A stretch of DNA of 64,000 nucleotides from Octopus vulgaris (taxonomy: Eukaryota): positions 181,784,001 through 181,848,000 of the forward strand of contig OX597815.1 of assembly GCA_951406725.2 (NCBI GenBank). Reading direction: 5' to 3'. Under the pieces are notes generated by a model, which did not search any database, was not told the origin of the DNA, and was given only the letters and a program-made list of their open reading frames with translations. The first letter of the stretch is position 1. Each line of letters opens with the position of its first letter. A program made the translations under genes and the position numbers. Positions 25,119 to 38,959 of the stretch are shown here, in pieces.

Positions 25119-26180
25119 ATGCAGTGGGCTGGCACAAGTGTTAGCACACCGAGCAGTATTTTGCCTGTCTTTATGTTTTGAATTCAAATTCCACCCAAGT
25201 CAACTTTGCCTTTCATGCTTTTGGGGCAGATGAATTAAGTACCAGTCAAGCAATGGGACTGAGGGAATCGATTTGTTCCATTCCCCAAAATTTAAGGCCC
25301 TGTACCTACAGCACAAAGGATTATTATATTAATGTGCAGAATGAGGTACTAAATAAAGAAAATATGATTTGCTTAGCATATAATTAAAATATATTGAAAT
25401 TATTTTTATTTGTAATCTTAATAGCAATTTCCGTTTGCTAAATAGCATATTACTTCCAGTATGTATTTCCCCAAGGCCGTTTGTGCTCACACTACAAAGT
25501 TATGGCTAACATTTGGCAAATCTTTCAATTCTCTTTTATAACCATGCTTTCTGGCTATTAAACATCTTCACCTGATATCAACAGCAGTGTAAAAGTTTCA
25601 TTAAGATTTCACCAGACTCAACACGGATAAGATTTTTACTGTCTTTTGTTGACTAATTTCCCAAGTGATTTCACTGAAGCATGCAGGAAGATATTGCGGT
25701 AATTACATGGGCTGGTTGCTGGATCAATCCCCTTTGGATGGGTGGGGGAAAGGGGGGAATGGTAAGGAATTCTGAAGATTTGTACAGCTTACTTGAAGGA
25801 GGCAGCAGAACTACTAACTCAAAGTAAAGCGGATAATGAATGGATTACCAAGATTAAAAGAATAATAAAGAACTATTCTCCTATAATAATATGTCTATTT
25901 GTAAGCTAAATTTTCCAGTTGAATCTCTTTCCTTTACAGAACCTATCCAATGGTATGACTAGTATACTTGAAACTTTTTCACTGATACAAAGCAGTTTTA
26001 AGAGATTATTCTAATTATACTAAAGCTAAAAATAATGTATGTTCATAATTTAACCATTTGCTCAATTCCTCGTAGGATTTTCCTATCAATCATATTCTTT
26101 TATATTGCATGTTTGTATGGAATTGAATACATTTAGAGAGAAATTTTCTATGTCATTTATTCAGGGTTTAAAAATAGTTT

Positions 26181-26242
26181 TGTATGTATGTATGTATGTA
26201 TGTATGTATGTATGTATGTATGTATGTATGTATGTATGTATG

Positions 26243-26283
<41 letters not shown>

Positions 26284-26290
26284 TTATATA

Positions 26291-26335
<45 letters not shown>

Positions 26336-26544
26336 ATATATGTATATATATATGTATATATATGTATGTATATATATATATAGGTATGTATATATATATA
26401 TATGTATATATATATATGTTTATGTATGTGTGCATATATGTATGTATTTATTTATATATATATATCATATATATATATATATATTTACATATATATATGA
26501 TGATGATGATATATACACACACATGTATATATACATATACATAT

Positions 26545-26594
<50 letters not shown>

Positions 26595-26750
26595 ATATGT
26601 ATATATTTATGTAGATGCTATCTATATGTCTACATGTATATGTATGTGTGTGTGTGTGCATGTGTGTACATATATATGCATATATATGTGTGTGTATGTG
26701 TGTTTGTGTATGCTTGTGAGTGTGTGTACGTCTGTCTGTGCATGTGTGTT
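26181..26750. repeat. Compound (TATG)n/(TA)n/(TG)n microsatellite field
   Basis: Direct reading. Confidence 0.95.
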
Positions 26751-27004
26751 GACGCGCTCCATAAGCTAATCATTTGGGAATTTCTCAAGGCAAAAGATTG
26801 CAAAATAGCTTGAAATTGTGAATATAAAGTGGCTGTTTTTCAGAACAAATATTATTTGCAATTTTCTAAATCTAGATCTATTTGAACATATTAGCTCCAT
26901 AATTTGATAAAAATAATTATTAGGTCAATTTAGAATTAGGCATTGGGGAAAGATTCAGTTAGAAATTCTGGTGGTTTTAGTGAAAGATTAAAAAAATAAT
27001 CTAT

Positions 27005-27041
<37 letters not shown>

Positions 27042-27364
27042 TGTTTTAAATCCAGGTTTTGTCCCCATTAATGAGGATGGGGGAAGATATACTTCAATGC
27101 CATAGCAACTGAGGTAGGCAGGTGCAGCCCACCCCAACCTTTGGGTTGGTTGGTACCCATTCTCCTTTGTTATCATGAGGCTTTTTTGGAGCTGGAATTT
27201 CTACGGGGAGCATGCCCTTGCTTACCCTCAACTTCAGTTTCTAGACATGAGTGGTCCCAAGACTAAGGCCTCTACCACAAATTTTAAGAAATGTGATGGA
27301 AAACTAGCTCAGGAAGGCGGGGATGATTCTCCCTGAGACCCCTTTTGAAGCCCCACTACCTATA

Positions 27365-27835
27365 ATCATCATCATCATCATCTTTTAACGTCCGCTTTCT
27401 ATGCTGGCATAGGTTGGACGGTTTGACTGAGGGCCAGTGAACCAGAAGGCTGCACAAGGCTCCAATCTGATCAGGCAATGTTTCTACAGCTGGATGCCCT
27501 TCCTAACACCAACCACTCCAAGAGTGTAGTGGGTGCTTTTACATGCCACCAGCATGAGGGCCAGTCTGGTGGCACTGGCAACAACCATGCTCGAATGGTG
27601 CTTTTTTTATGTGCCACCGTCACGGGATCCAGTCAGCAGCCCTGGCAACAATCACACTTGAATGGTGCTTCTAACGTTCCACTGGCATGGGTGCCAATCA
27701 GGCGGTACTGTCATCGGCCATGACGCCAATTTCACTTGCTTCAACAGGTCCTCGCAAGCATAGTTTATTGTCCAATGATTGAAGGGAACTCTTAAATGGG
27801 CTGGTTATACAGGATTTGCATAGGCCACAGTCATG
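27365..27835 (-). mobile_element. RTE 3'UTR
   Basis: (CAT)n tail plus UTR match. Confidence 0.8.
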
Positions 27836-28029
27836 GAAAATAGAAATGGGGCCATAAAGGCTTATAACAAAGTTCTTAACCAGTCCACCACAAGGAGTAC
27901 CATATTGTACTACAGATTTTCAAAGACATAATCAAAGCCGTTACAAAATTCACTCAAATGCTTAAGTATCTTCAAAACTTGTTTTTCATAATTTACTTGT
28001 ACATAAGTATAACATGAGTATAACTAAGC

Positions 28030-28884
28030 ACAAGCATGGCTGTGTGGTAAGAAGTTTGCTTCCAATTCCATATCATTCTGAGTTCAATCTCACTCTGTGG
28101 CACCTTGGCCCAGGGTCTTCTGCCATAGACTCAGGCTAAACAAAGTCTTGTGAGTGGATTTGGAAGACAGAAACTGAAAGAAGGCCATCTCATTTTCTTT
28201 TATTCTTTTACTTGTTTCAGTTATTTGAGAGTGGCCATGCTGGAGCACTGCCTTTTGTTTGACAAATCGACCCCAGGTCTTATTCTTTGTAAGCCTAGTA
28301 CTTATTCTATAGGTCTCTTTTGTTGAACTGCTAAGTCACTGAGATGTAAACATACTGGCATCTTCTTCTGACCGGGTTATCATATATCTCTTCTACAGCA
28401 ACATCCTGTTTTTGTCCTCGTTTTTGAACTCTCCTTCTCTCCCCCCTCTCTCTCTTTCTCTCTCCCTCTCTCTCTCTCTGACTGGGATAACCATACTCTT
28501 TACTCTTTTACTTGTTTCAGTCACTTGACTGTGGCCATGCTAGAGCACTGCCTTTAGTCAGGAAAATCGACCCCAGGACTTATTCTTTGTAAGCCTAGTA
28601 CTTATTCTATCGGTCTTTGCCGAACTGCTAAGTTATGGGGACACAAACACACTGGCATCCATTGTCAAGTGATGTTGGGGGGACAAACACACACACACAC
28701 ACATATATATATATACATATATACGACGGGCTTCTTTCAGTTTCCGTCTACCAAATCCACTCACAAGGCTTTGATCGGCCCGAGGCTATAGCAGAAGACA
28801 CTTGCCCAAGGTGCCATGCAGTGGGACTGAACCCGGAACCATGTGGCTGGTAAACAAGCTACTTACAACTCAACCACCCCTGCA
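28030..28884. mobile_element. SINE C cluster (head + 28030-28190; tail - 28196-28362; full - 28495-28884)
   Basis: Match to the C consensus. Confidence 0.8.
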
Positions 28885-30187
28885 CTTGTTTCACCTCTAA
28901 CAACAAAACACATGTTTCGGTCCCTCTGTTACACTCTAACCTCTCATCACCTGGCACAAGGCCACCTTCCCCAATACTCACCCCACTTCTCAAAAGATCT
29001 TTGTCCACAAGTTACTGGTGACCCCCACCAGTGCTGGCTCATCCAGTCCACACTGTAAAGTGGCTGGAGTTTGGAAGGCCATCGAGCTGTAAAACCCCTG
29101 CCAAAGCCTGGTGCAGTCTTCTGCTTGGCCAATCACTGTCAAATCATCGAACCCATACCAGCATGGAAACAAGACGTTAAATGATGAGGACGACGATGAT
29201 GATGATTCTAATGCTTAACTTCAAATTTTAAAGTGCAGCAGTAACTTTTATTTACCCTGAAGATAAAAAAATTAAGAAACAGTGACTTAATTATTGAAAC
29301 TGAGAGAGATATATTAAGTAAATGTTATTTGATATTCAATTTTTTAAAATTTTGAATTCATTTGAACTGAATTTGGCTTAAAATGCAAATGAAATTACCA
29401 TATTCATGTGTTTGGTGGGTGGTTTTATTGCAATTAAGAAATATTTTTATTGTCTATATGAAAATTTTAGAAATTGGATAAATTCATTTTTGACTATTTC
29501 TATAGGCACAGACATAGCTGTGTGTGGTTTAGAACTTTGCTTCCCAACTATATGATTTGGGGTTCAGCTTCACTGCATGGCACCTTGAGCAAGTATTTTC
29601 TACTATAGAACTAGGCTGACAAGACCCCTGTCTGAGCATTTGGTTGATTGGGGGTATGTACCCGATCAGCTATCCTGCATTCAAAATTTCCATTATCTTT
29701 TGTAAAATACCAACCCATTTGGTGCTTCAAACTTTGTTCATCAAAATGTTCTCACATTCTAAAAGCTATTATTTGGCCTCAGAAAAGACAGCATGTGCTG
29801 TCAGGGTTTATTTTGCTTAATAGTAGAGAAGGCCCAGCCAGAATTTGAGACATAAAGTTTTGATTCTATCAAATGGCTTGCTGATCACGTTTTCCATCTT
29901 CTACGGGTATTTACCTGATCCTCCTAACTGTTTTCACAGCTGTTCTGCATTTCAGACTTCCTTAGTTTTCTCTAATACATCTATATACTTGCGTGTGTGT
30001 GTAGTGGGTTTCATTTCTATTCAGTACTCTGCAAAATCATATCTGGTCATGGTGAAATATTTGCTTTCTTGGAAACATGTGAGTGTTAATGATAGGAAGA
30101 GCACCCTATCATTGAAAATCTGCCACAGTAATCTCATCCCATGCAAGTATTAAATAGTGGGTGTTAAAATGAAATGAGGATGATATA

Positions 30188-31451
30188 CAGGGTGTGTAAG
30201 ATATTTGAGGACAGAATTATGTTTATAAAAAACAGATATATAATAACAGATAATAACTTTATTTATCAAAAAAATGCTATGAGGATAAAAATAAACCTTC
30301 TTTTCTATAATGTTATTCAATAAAGCCACCTTCAGCTTCAACAACTGCTTCTATATGAGATCTAAATCATCTGCATGCTCGAATCGAGTGGTCTTGGTTC
30401 ATTTTGGACATTACTCTGACTATGGCAGCTTTCAAAGAATCTTTGGTGTTATGAGCATGTTCATTGACCTCTCTCTCAACAACTCTCCACATACAATAGT
30501 CCAATGGATTGAGATCTGGGGAATTAGGAAGCCAAATGTTAGGGGTTATGTGATCATGAAAATCTTCAGCCATCCATTCCTGTGTTACTAGAGCCATGTG
30601 TGATAGTGCAGAATCTTACTGTAACACATATAACCTTCCATTGCATACACTGTCTATCCAGGGCTTAACAATTATTTCCAGGGCCTCAATGTAGGTGGCA
30701 GAGTTAACTCTAAGGCCTTGTGGAAAGAAGTAAGGAGGCATTATATGTCCTTCATTGCTGACAACTCCTAAACCACGACAGTTGCAGGAAACTTTGTATG
30801 CATAACACTTGCAACTTCAGAAGAGTGTGCACGTAACCATCTGTCATTTCTTCTGTTAACTTTTTGATCTTGGTCGAAGTCTTTCTTGTTTGAAAAAATC
30901 CAAATCAAATCTTCTGATGGATTTTTCAGTTTGTTTAAGAGCCTTTTCGATCTGATGTAGTGATTTTCTTTTGCTTTTTCTGACAAAATGACCTTTCCTC
31001 ATCATATAAGACTTGTATCTGATGTCTCCGTGGACAAAATTTCTGTCTGTTCCTTCTGACACACTGTATGTATCTTTTGCAATTGACTTCATGGACTTTC
31101 TGGGATTGTAATCAATGGTCTGTTGAACTTGCTGGATAAATTCAAGTGTTCTGATGATTTCAGAGCGTTTAGAATGCCTTTTATGCTTTGATACTGGTGA
31201 TACGTTTCCATCTTCAGTCTCTAGCTCCTTACAAACTTCGTAGATGAAAGATCTCGCAACTTTTAAAAATCGAGATATTTCTAAAGCGCTATGCTCAGTC
31301 TTTATAACCACAATAACAGCATGTCTCTTCATTTCTTGAGTAAGCGGAGGGTCTGCCATTATTATTCTTCTGAAACTAAGATTATACAGAGTGAGCAAAA
31401 ATGCAGCAATGACCCAAAAAAGGTATGTCCTCAAATACCTTACACACCCCG
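30188..31451 (-). mobile_element. Full-length Tc1/mariner DD37D (maT) transposon, about 1.26 kb
   Basis: TIRs cagggtgtgtaagatatttgaggaca and its near reverse complement ending at 31451; TA on both sides. Confidence 0.92.
30313..31359 (-). pseudogene. DD37D transposase pseudogene
   Basis: MADPPLTQEMKRHAVIV...WIFSNKK...Q*DSALSH...WLPNSPDLNPLDY...EGGFIE*; 37 residues between the second and third D; frameshift and in-frame stops. Confidence 0.9.
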
Positions 31452-31983
31452 TATATGTGTATGGATCATCATCATTGTTTTAACATCTGATTTTCCATGC
31501 CTGCATGGGTTGGATGGAATTTGCTAGGGCAGATTTTCTCGGGCTTGTTGCTCTTTCTGTTGCCAATACTTACCTGTTTTCAAGCAAGGTAATATTTCCC
31601 ATGACCAGACATGTTCAAACGGAACGCTAGGAATGAATGACACTGTTTGTTTGACAGCGACTCACATTTGCAATTGTCACATGACATCAAGACTAGGAAA
31701 CATAAACACACACACACATACACACACACACACATGTATATGTACACAATGTGCTACTTTCACTTTCTTTTTATAAAATCCTCTCTTATGGCATTGGTCA
31801 GTTCAAGACAATAGCGTGAGACACTTGCCCAAGCTGTATGCATGTGTGTATGTATATGTGTGTGTGCATGCATGTGTATATGTTTGTGTGTGTGTGTGTT
31901 GTTGTACATGTGAGTGCATGTGTATGTGTATCAGTGTGCATAGCAGAGTGTGGTGGTGTGTGGCTTAGTGATTAGGCTATAGA

Positions 31984-32233
31984 AGTTATGATCTTGAGAT
32001 TGTAGTTTCAATACCTGGACCAGGCTTAAGAATAAGCACTGGGTTGATTTGTTTAATTAAAACATTGAAGGCACTGGCCCAGAGGGCTGCAGTCCAATGA
32101 CTGAAACAAGTTATGATCTTGAGATTGTAGTTTCAATTCCTGGACTAGGCTTAAGAATAAGCACTGGGTTGATTTGTTTAATTAAAACATTGAAGGCACT
32201 GGCCCAGAGGGCTGCCGTCCAATGACTGAAAGA
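31984..32233 (+). repeat. Tandem duplication of an about 125-bp chimeric SINE unit (D-like head, C-like tail)
   Basis: agttatgatcttgagattgtagtttc...aatgactgaaa present twice. Confidence 0.85.
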
Positions 32234-33032
32234 AGTAAAAGAAAATTTTTTTTAAACTTAAAATAAAAGAAAAAGCTTTTAATCATTGCTGTTTAATGTA
32301 ATGTGAGGGAGATGAAGCTACTATGTCTAGTAGACCAACTTACAACACAGAGGTTTCTTTGTTGTATCATGACTCTATATGTATCCTGTTAATATGCATT
32401 GCATATTGGTAATGCTAATTGCTCATCAGAATCATTCTATACCATAAAGCAAACAATACCTGGTACATGGACATAAAATTAAATTTCTAATCTTCTTAAT
32501 TGTGTTAGCTCTAAAATAATTATTAAAGATACTTTAATTGCAATTTGGTGAATTTTAATTTGAAATCGTATTTGAAATATAGTTCTATTAGTAATACTGT
32601 CTATATAATTGATTGTTGAGCTTCTGCAAAGGTCAGAATTCTGAGATTGGTATTTGAAAATGATAAGAACCAATGATTTTGGGGAATTGAAATTTATATG
32701 GATCACTAACTCTTCCATTTGTAATTTAAGGAAATAACATTTGAAAAATTAAAAAATTAACCTCTATTTTTGTCACTATATTACTGCAGAAACTAGGTTA
32801 TGCCATACTAAATTAGGAAATAGAGAGATGGAAAATAAATCTGTTGATACCAAATAATGTGACATCACTTCTGCTTCTCTGACAGAAACTGGCCATTTTT
32901 AAGTGTTCATATTTAAGATGGAACCATCCATCATAGAAGTTTTTCTGTTATGTTCCAATAAACAGCTCAAAAGAATTATTTTACTGGATCCTTTTAAATT
33001 CTAGATTTTCAAAATTGAAATAGACAATATGT

Positions 33033-33383
33033 TTCATGCTGGTGGCACATAAAAAGCACCATTCGAACATGGTTGATGTCAGTGCTGCCTGACTGGTTCC
33101 CATGCTGGCAGCACATAAAAAGCACCATTTGAGCATGGTCGATGCCAGTGCTGCCTGACTCGCCCTCGTGCTGGTGGCACATAAAAAAAACACCCACTAG
33201 ACCCTCAGAGTGGTTAGTGTAAGGAAGGGCATCCAGCTGTAGAAACATTGCCAGATCAGATTGGAGCCTGGTGCAGCCTTCTGGCTTGCCAGTCCTCAGT
33301 CAAACCATCCAACTCATGCCTACATGGAAAATGGATGTTAAAAACAATGATGATGGTAATGGTGATAGTGATAATGATAATGA
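33033..33383 (+). mobile_element. RTE 3'UTR
   Basis: UTR repeats and decayed (GAT)n. Confidence 0.8.
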
Positions 33384-33411
33384 ATATATTCTTTATCTCT
33401 AAAATATTTTG

Positions 33412-33707
33412 CATACTGTTTATATTAGTTGGATTGCTGTCCTCATCTTGATTGTTACTTTAACTATGTTTTGGTTGTTGTTCACTCCAGCCGTCTTCAG
33501 GTGTACTGTGTCGAACTTGGTTGAATTGGAATTTAAAACCTAACCCTACAGAGACAGAATGAGAAGAGTGTGCTCCTGCAGGTCAAATAAAGGATTAGGT
33601 CTGAAATTCTGATGCAACGACCGAGTTGAACACAAGTCACCTGAAGAAGGCTTGAACTTACAACAACCAGCATGAGGGTCACCAGTCTGACTAAAATAAA
33701 CAGTATA
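33412..33707. mobile_element. Degenerate inverted pair of a family-A-related HHR element (family F)
   Basis: Minus 33412-33540 and plus 33603-33707 share cacCTGAAGA.ggct..a...acaacaacc and atgagg...aaacagtat; the GAAA core has decayed. Confidence 0.55.
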
Positions 33708-33810
33708 GTTCTATATTTAAGAGATGAGGAATTATTTACATTGTTTACATTTGATGGATATTTGTCCTCATCTTGTTTGTTGTTAACACAACGTTTCGGC
33801 TGATACACCT
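33707..33810 (-). mobile_element. Family A 3' fragment, truncated within HHR loop II
   Basis: agttctatatttaagagatgagg...aacacaacgtttcggctgatacacc. Confidence 0.8.
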
Positions 33811-34298
33811 CACTTCATTTGAGAGTCGACTGGCAATTGAATAGTTCAAAAAGTTTCATTTAAATCTTCTCCAATTGCTAGCCACATTTCCTGATAAAGA
33901 CATTTGCTCCGGAGGTGGGACACTTGCAGAAAAAGGCCTTGCAGACATCCTCCAAATCAAATGAGAAAAATAAACATACAATTCTGTGAAGAATTCTTTT
34001 TTTTTTTTTTTTTTTTTTAAATCCTTTGGAATCCCATTTCTGGCACCATGTAGTATAATGAAGCTTGGCAATATTCGTTGATAAATAGAAAGACAATTCA
34101 ACATGAGGTAAAACACATCCGGTTATTAGCAAAGCATATACAGTAATGGCTTCCTACTGTTAGGGACCCGAATGTGTTCTTTTTAAACTAGAAAGTTCCC
34201 ATTATGGTAGGGGACTAATGAAAGGGAGATAACACCACAAGTAGATTGGATAGAGAGGAACTGAAAAGGGGACGAAATATCTTATAGGTTTTGTTACA
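33810..34298 (-). mobile_element. Ty3/Gypsy LTR retrotransposon 5' stub: LTR (34049-34298), PBS (34029-34048), gag N-terminus (from 33948)
   Basis: Minus strand TGTAAC...ACTACA then TGGTGCCAGAAATGGGATT (tRNA-Leu-type PBS); MSARPFSASVPPPEQMSLSGNVASNWRRFK*NFLNYSIASRL resembles a Gypsy Gag start. The LTR 5' boundary is inferred from the TG dinucleotide only. Confidence 0.75.
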
Positions 34299-34464
34299 AT
34301 TCATTACATTCTGAGTTCAGATTTAAGCAAGGTTAAATTTGCTTTCCATCCTTTATGGGTTGATAAAAATCAAGTACCAGTCCAGGGCGGTGGGTTGGCG
34401 GAATTGTTAGTGCCAGGTGAGATGCCTTCCACAATTTGTTCTCTCAGAAGTCTGAGTTCTTGGC

Positions 34465-34844
34465 CGATAGACTTAATAACCATCTTACAAACAATATCTC
34501 TGAGCACCCTTTCAAACTCCATCTGTTTAACACTCGTGAACATGTTTACAAAGTCAGAAAACAGCACAGCTCCCATGACTTTCGGAAACATTTTTTCATG
34601 CTAAGAGTTGCTGAACAAACTGCCAGCATCAGTTGTTAGTTGTCGGAGCACTGCATCCTTCAAAACTTCTATGCTTCCTGAGATCCGCCAACACTACACC
34701 TGATTTTCTCCCTTCCATACACATGCAAGTATGTATCTGACTCATACACTGTTCACTTTCCAGACATTTGTACATTACTGCATATGCTTTATATGCACTT
34801 TTGACAAGTTGTGGTGCACCTGAGCACTGTATACAATAATTTCA

Positions 34845-34918
<74 letters not shown>
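34465..34918 (+). mobile_element. CR1-clade LINE 3' end with (ATT)n tail
   Basis: NTREHVYKVRKQHSSHDFRKHFFMLRVAE.../KLPASVVSCRSTASFK fits the CR1 C-terminal pattern. Confidence 0.8.
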
Positions 34919-35740
34919 TATCATCTAGCATTAAATCACCATCTGACTACTTAGTGTCTTTCGCAGAGTTCTTGCAGTTACACAAATTTGGACCAAGTTT
35001 CTGGTCTGAAAATAATCCGCTTCTGTCCTCCCCTTAATCCCAGAAGACACAAGATAAAATAGGGAGATGATTGTTTCCCTTATCAACCTGATGAAGTAAT
35101 AAAAATAAAAACAAAGTAAGTGATCAAATTTTGATGGCGTTGGTGAATTAGCTGGTTTCTTTTATTAGCACCATGTTACCACAGTAATTGTAATAGTCAG
35201 TCGCAAGTAGGTAAGCTACATGAGAGATAGCTGCAAGTAAGAGACAGACAGTTCTGATGATTTACTAATTATAATTTGGATGAGAAATTGATACAGAAAA
35301 TGGAATTTGGTTGAAAGGATGATAAGAAAGCATCTAAAACCAAAATCTGCTCAAGCAATAATACTGTTAATGTAGAAAGACCTTAATGTCAAAGTGAGTT
35401 AGCAGAAGATTATGTAACCTGTCTGCTTAAATGTTCTCAGCAGTATCTATCTTACATTAAGTATTTCTTAATTGGACATGAAGTTTGAGGCATATAAAGT
35501 TAGTTTATATAACGTAGTCGAATTTTAACATGAACTAACATGAAAGTATGTTTCCTCACAGATGTTATAAGTGTCCCTTATAAGTCATTGATATTCATTC
35601 AAGAAGATAAATGGGATCAAAAGCGCTTTCATGTTAGGGTTCCATTTCCATTGGTCCTTTCACCATATTTTGGGGACTTTATAAAAAGGAATGCAACGTA
35701 ATTTTTTAATAATTTTCCTCTTTTGATAATTGATAAACAT

Positions 35741-37252
35741 AGGTGTAGGAGTGGCTCTGTGGTAATTAGCTTGCTTACCAACCACATGGTTCTGGGTTCA
35801 GTCCCACTGCGTTGCACTTTGGACAAGTGTCTTCTACTATAGCCTCTGGCTGACCAAAGCCTTGTGAGTGGATTTGGTAGATAGAAACTGAGAGAAGCCC
35901 GTCGTGTGTATATATATATATATAAAGTATAAATTAGAGATAAAACCACTATTATGCAACTCAAACAGTGATAGACATAAACCAATACATAAATAACAAA
36001 TAATAGATATATATTTCGGAATGGTCATATTGCCAGTTTAGCCAATAAAAACACACGCACTATATATTTGGTGTTATTTTGCTTCAGTGATATTTATTTT
36101 TTACATTAATCTTAATCTTATTTCGGCCAAAGTTCTTTCGTCACGACTTCACATAAAAAATCTTGCACAACAAATATTTAAATAGATATATATATTTCAT
36201 TTAAGGTATGGTCATGTGGCGAGAATGGATGAAGATAGTTGTGTGAAAAAGTGCCACGCCCTAGCGGTTGAGGGAACCTGTGGAAGAGGCAGACCCAGGA
36301 AAACCTGGGACGAGGTGGTGAAGCACGACCTTCGAACTTTAGGTCTCACTGAGGAAATGACTAGAGACCGAGACCTCTGGAAGTGTGCTGTGCGCGAGAA
36401 GACCCGGCAGGACAAGTGAGTCCACAACCCGTGGCCTTCTACATGGGATGGAGCCAGCCTACGTATGCATACCTTCCCTTCTTGGGACACAAAACTCTAC
36501 TTGTGAAGACGTGTTGAGGCAAGTGAGGATCAGAATCGAAATCGATCAATGGAAATTGCGGATGTGCTACCAGTGCCGGTGGCATGTCGAAACTCTGCTT
36601 GTGAAGACCCATTGAGGCAAGTGAGGATCAGAATCGAAATCGATCAATGGAAATCGATCAATGGAAATTGCAGATGTGTTACCAGTGCCGGTGGCATGTA
36701 AGAGAACTTTCCGTTTCGCGACCGTTGCCAGCACCGCCCCGTTTCGTGTCCGTTGCCAGCCTCGCCTGGCCCTCGTGCCGGTGGCACATAAAAAGCACCA
36801 TCCGTTCGTGGCCGTTTGCCAGCTCTGTCTGGCACCAGTGCGGGTGGCACGTAAAAAGCACCCACTACACTCACGGAGTGGTTGGCGTTAGGAAGGGCAT
36901 CCAGCCGTAGAAACACTGCCAGATTTGACTGGGCCTGATGAAGCCTTCTGGCTTCACAGACCCCAGCAGAACCGTCCAACCCATGCTAGCATGGAAAACG
37001 GACGCTAAATGATGATGATGATGATGATGATATTTCATTTATTTATTTATTTTATTTTATTATATAACTTATAGCTTGACAACCGATGATGGTGTGTTTA
37101 CAACCCCGTAACTTAGTGGTTCGACAATAGAGACCAATAGAATAAGTACTAGGCATACAAAGAATAAGTTCTGGGGTCGATTTGCTCAACTAAAGGCGGT
37201 GCTCCAGCATGGCCACAATCAAATGACTGAAACAAATAAAAGAGTAAAAGAG
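35741..37252 (+). mobile_element. SINE C split (head 35741-35905, tail 37074-37252) by later insertions
   Basis: The two halves are colinear with the C consensus either side of its internal microsatellite. Confidence 0.75.
36206..37031 (+). mobile_element. RTE LINE 3' end (young, CpG-rich)
   Basis: WYGHVARMDEDSCVKKCHALAVEGTCGRGRPRKTWDEVVKHDLRTLG...*, UTR and (GAT)n. Confidence 0.9.
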
Positions 37253-38020
37253 ATGAGTATCATTTTGTTTCAAAATTTTTGCTCAGGAATTATGCCAACT
37301 TTTGGGGAATGATATATTTTAACAAAATTCTATAACAAATATTGTATTAAAAAAAATGAGATTGTGTAATAAAAATTAAAAATAACAGTTTAGTAGAAAA
37401 TGCTAATCCTGAAAGATTCAATATATTTCTTTCCTGTCTTCTGTTTAAAGCATGTTCCAATTTCAGAATCTTGTAGAGATTGATGGAACTAACCAACTGA
37501 TTGCTTCTCATTTGTACAACTCTCCTCAAAGAAAATGCTAATACAATGAACGGTACAAAGGTGAAATCTCTTAAATTGATTTTTAGGAATGATTGATCTA
37601 TCAATCAATGCCGTTATTTTAATTTTTTAATTTTCTTGAAAATAAATAAATAAATGTCCTGAATAGAAATAACTTAGGATTTTTAAAGCTTAAAATTTAA
37701 TCTTTTGTTGCTATGGTGATAGAAATTTTGAGAAAAGACTGATTTGATCTGAAGCGTCAAGATGACAAACTGCAAAAGTGAAACACAAATAAGAAAATAC
37801 ATGATGGGTGAAAAGAATTTTTTTATTTTCAAAACGACCAAGACATATAATTGGAAATTATTTAAAACATTTAAATAATCAATTTAAAAAGGTGGGTCAT
37901 CAGTTTGAAGCGAATAATATATTTATTCAAAATTTTGCTGTCGATATGTCTAGAAAGAAATTTATGAGAGAAAAAAATAAACAACAACTAAAAACATCAA
38001 ATTAAAAAATTTTTTTAATT

Positions 38021-38180
38021 GTAGGAGTGGCTGTGTGGTAAGAAGCTTGCTTCCCAACCACATAGTTCCCGGTTCAGTCTCACTTTAAAGCACTTTGGGC
38101 AAGTGTCACTATAGCCACGGTCCGATCAATGCTTTGTGAGTGGATTTGGTAGACACAAACAGAAAGAAGCCCATCGTTTT

Positions 38181-38221
<41 letters not shown>

Positions 38222-38425
38222 TTCTGTCTGTTTGTCCCCCCCACACCAATCACTTGAGAACTGGTGTTGGCATGATTGCATCCCTGTAACTTAGCAGTTT
38301 GACAAAAGAGACCAATAGAATAAGTACTAGGTTTACGAAGAATAAGTCCTGGGGTCGATTTGTTCATTTGACTTAAGGTGGTGCTCCAGCATGGCCACAG
38401 TCAAATGACTGAAACAAGTAAAAGG
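38021..38425 (+). mobile_element. SINE C
   Basis: Full-length match. Confidence 0.85.
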
Positions 38426-38959
38426 AAAGAAAAAAGAATTGTGTTGTGGCCTTGTGTTGGTCATGACCTGGCATTATAAAGCAAAGGAGAGGCTGTGTGA
38501 ACGTGTGTGTGTGTGTTAGAGCAGAAAGTGTGTATAAGGAAGAGAGAGGAGGAAATGGATGAGAAGTAGCTATTCAGCAGTTTGTGACTTAAGAGTGTAA
38601 GCAAGTGTAAACATGACATAATCGAATGCTGTGGTATTGACTTAACAAGATATATGTATGATAATCCACTTAATGGCATAATGGAATGTAAGATGTGCTG
38701 ATGTGATTTTCAGGAAACCTTTTATCATGTGTGTGAATATAAGGTGAATGCAAGTAAAGTGAAATGTCTGATGTATACATATGAACATATATCAGCATGT
38801 GTGTGGGTGAGGTTGAGTAAAATTTAATCAATTATTCTCACCTGTGGGAGTAACTATTCATTGTGTTTTATTTTGTCTTGCAATCTCCTTATTAAGAATA
38901 ACACCTTGTCAAAGATATTTTGTAATACTTTTAACTTCTATTTAGTCATTAACCCACTG

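Noticed and set aside
26105-26813. About 200-aa Tyr/Ile/Met-rich ORFs
   Set aside because: Dinucleotide and tetranucleotide microsatellite.
36934-36958. ctgatga followed by a hairpin in the RTE UTR
   Set aside because: No GAAA follows, and other UTR copies read ctggtgca at this position.
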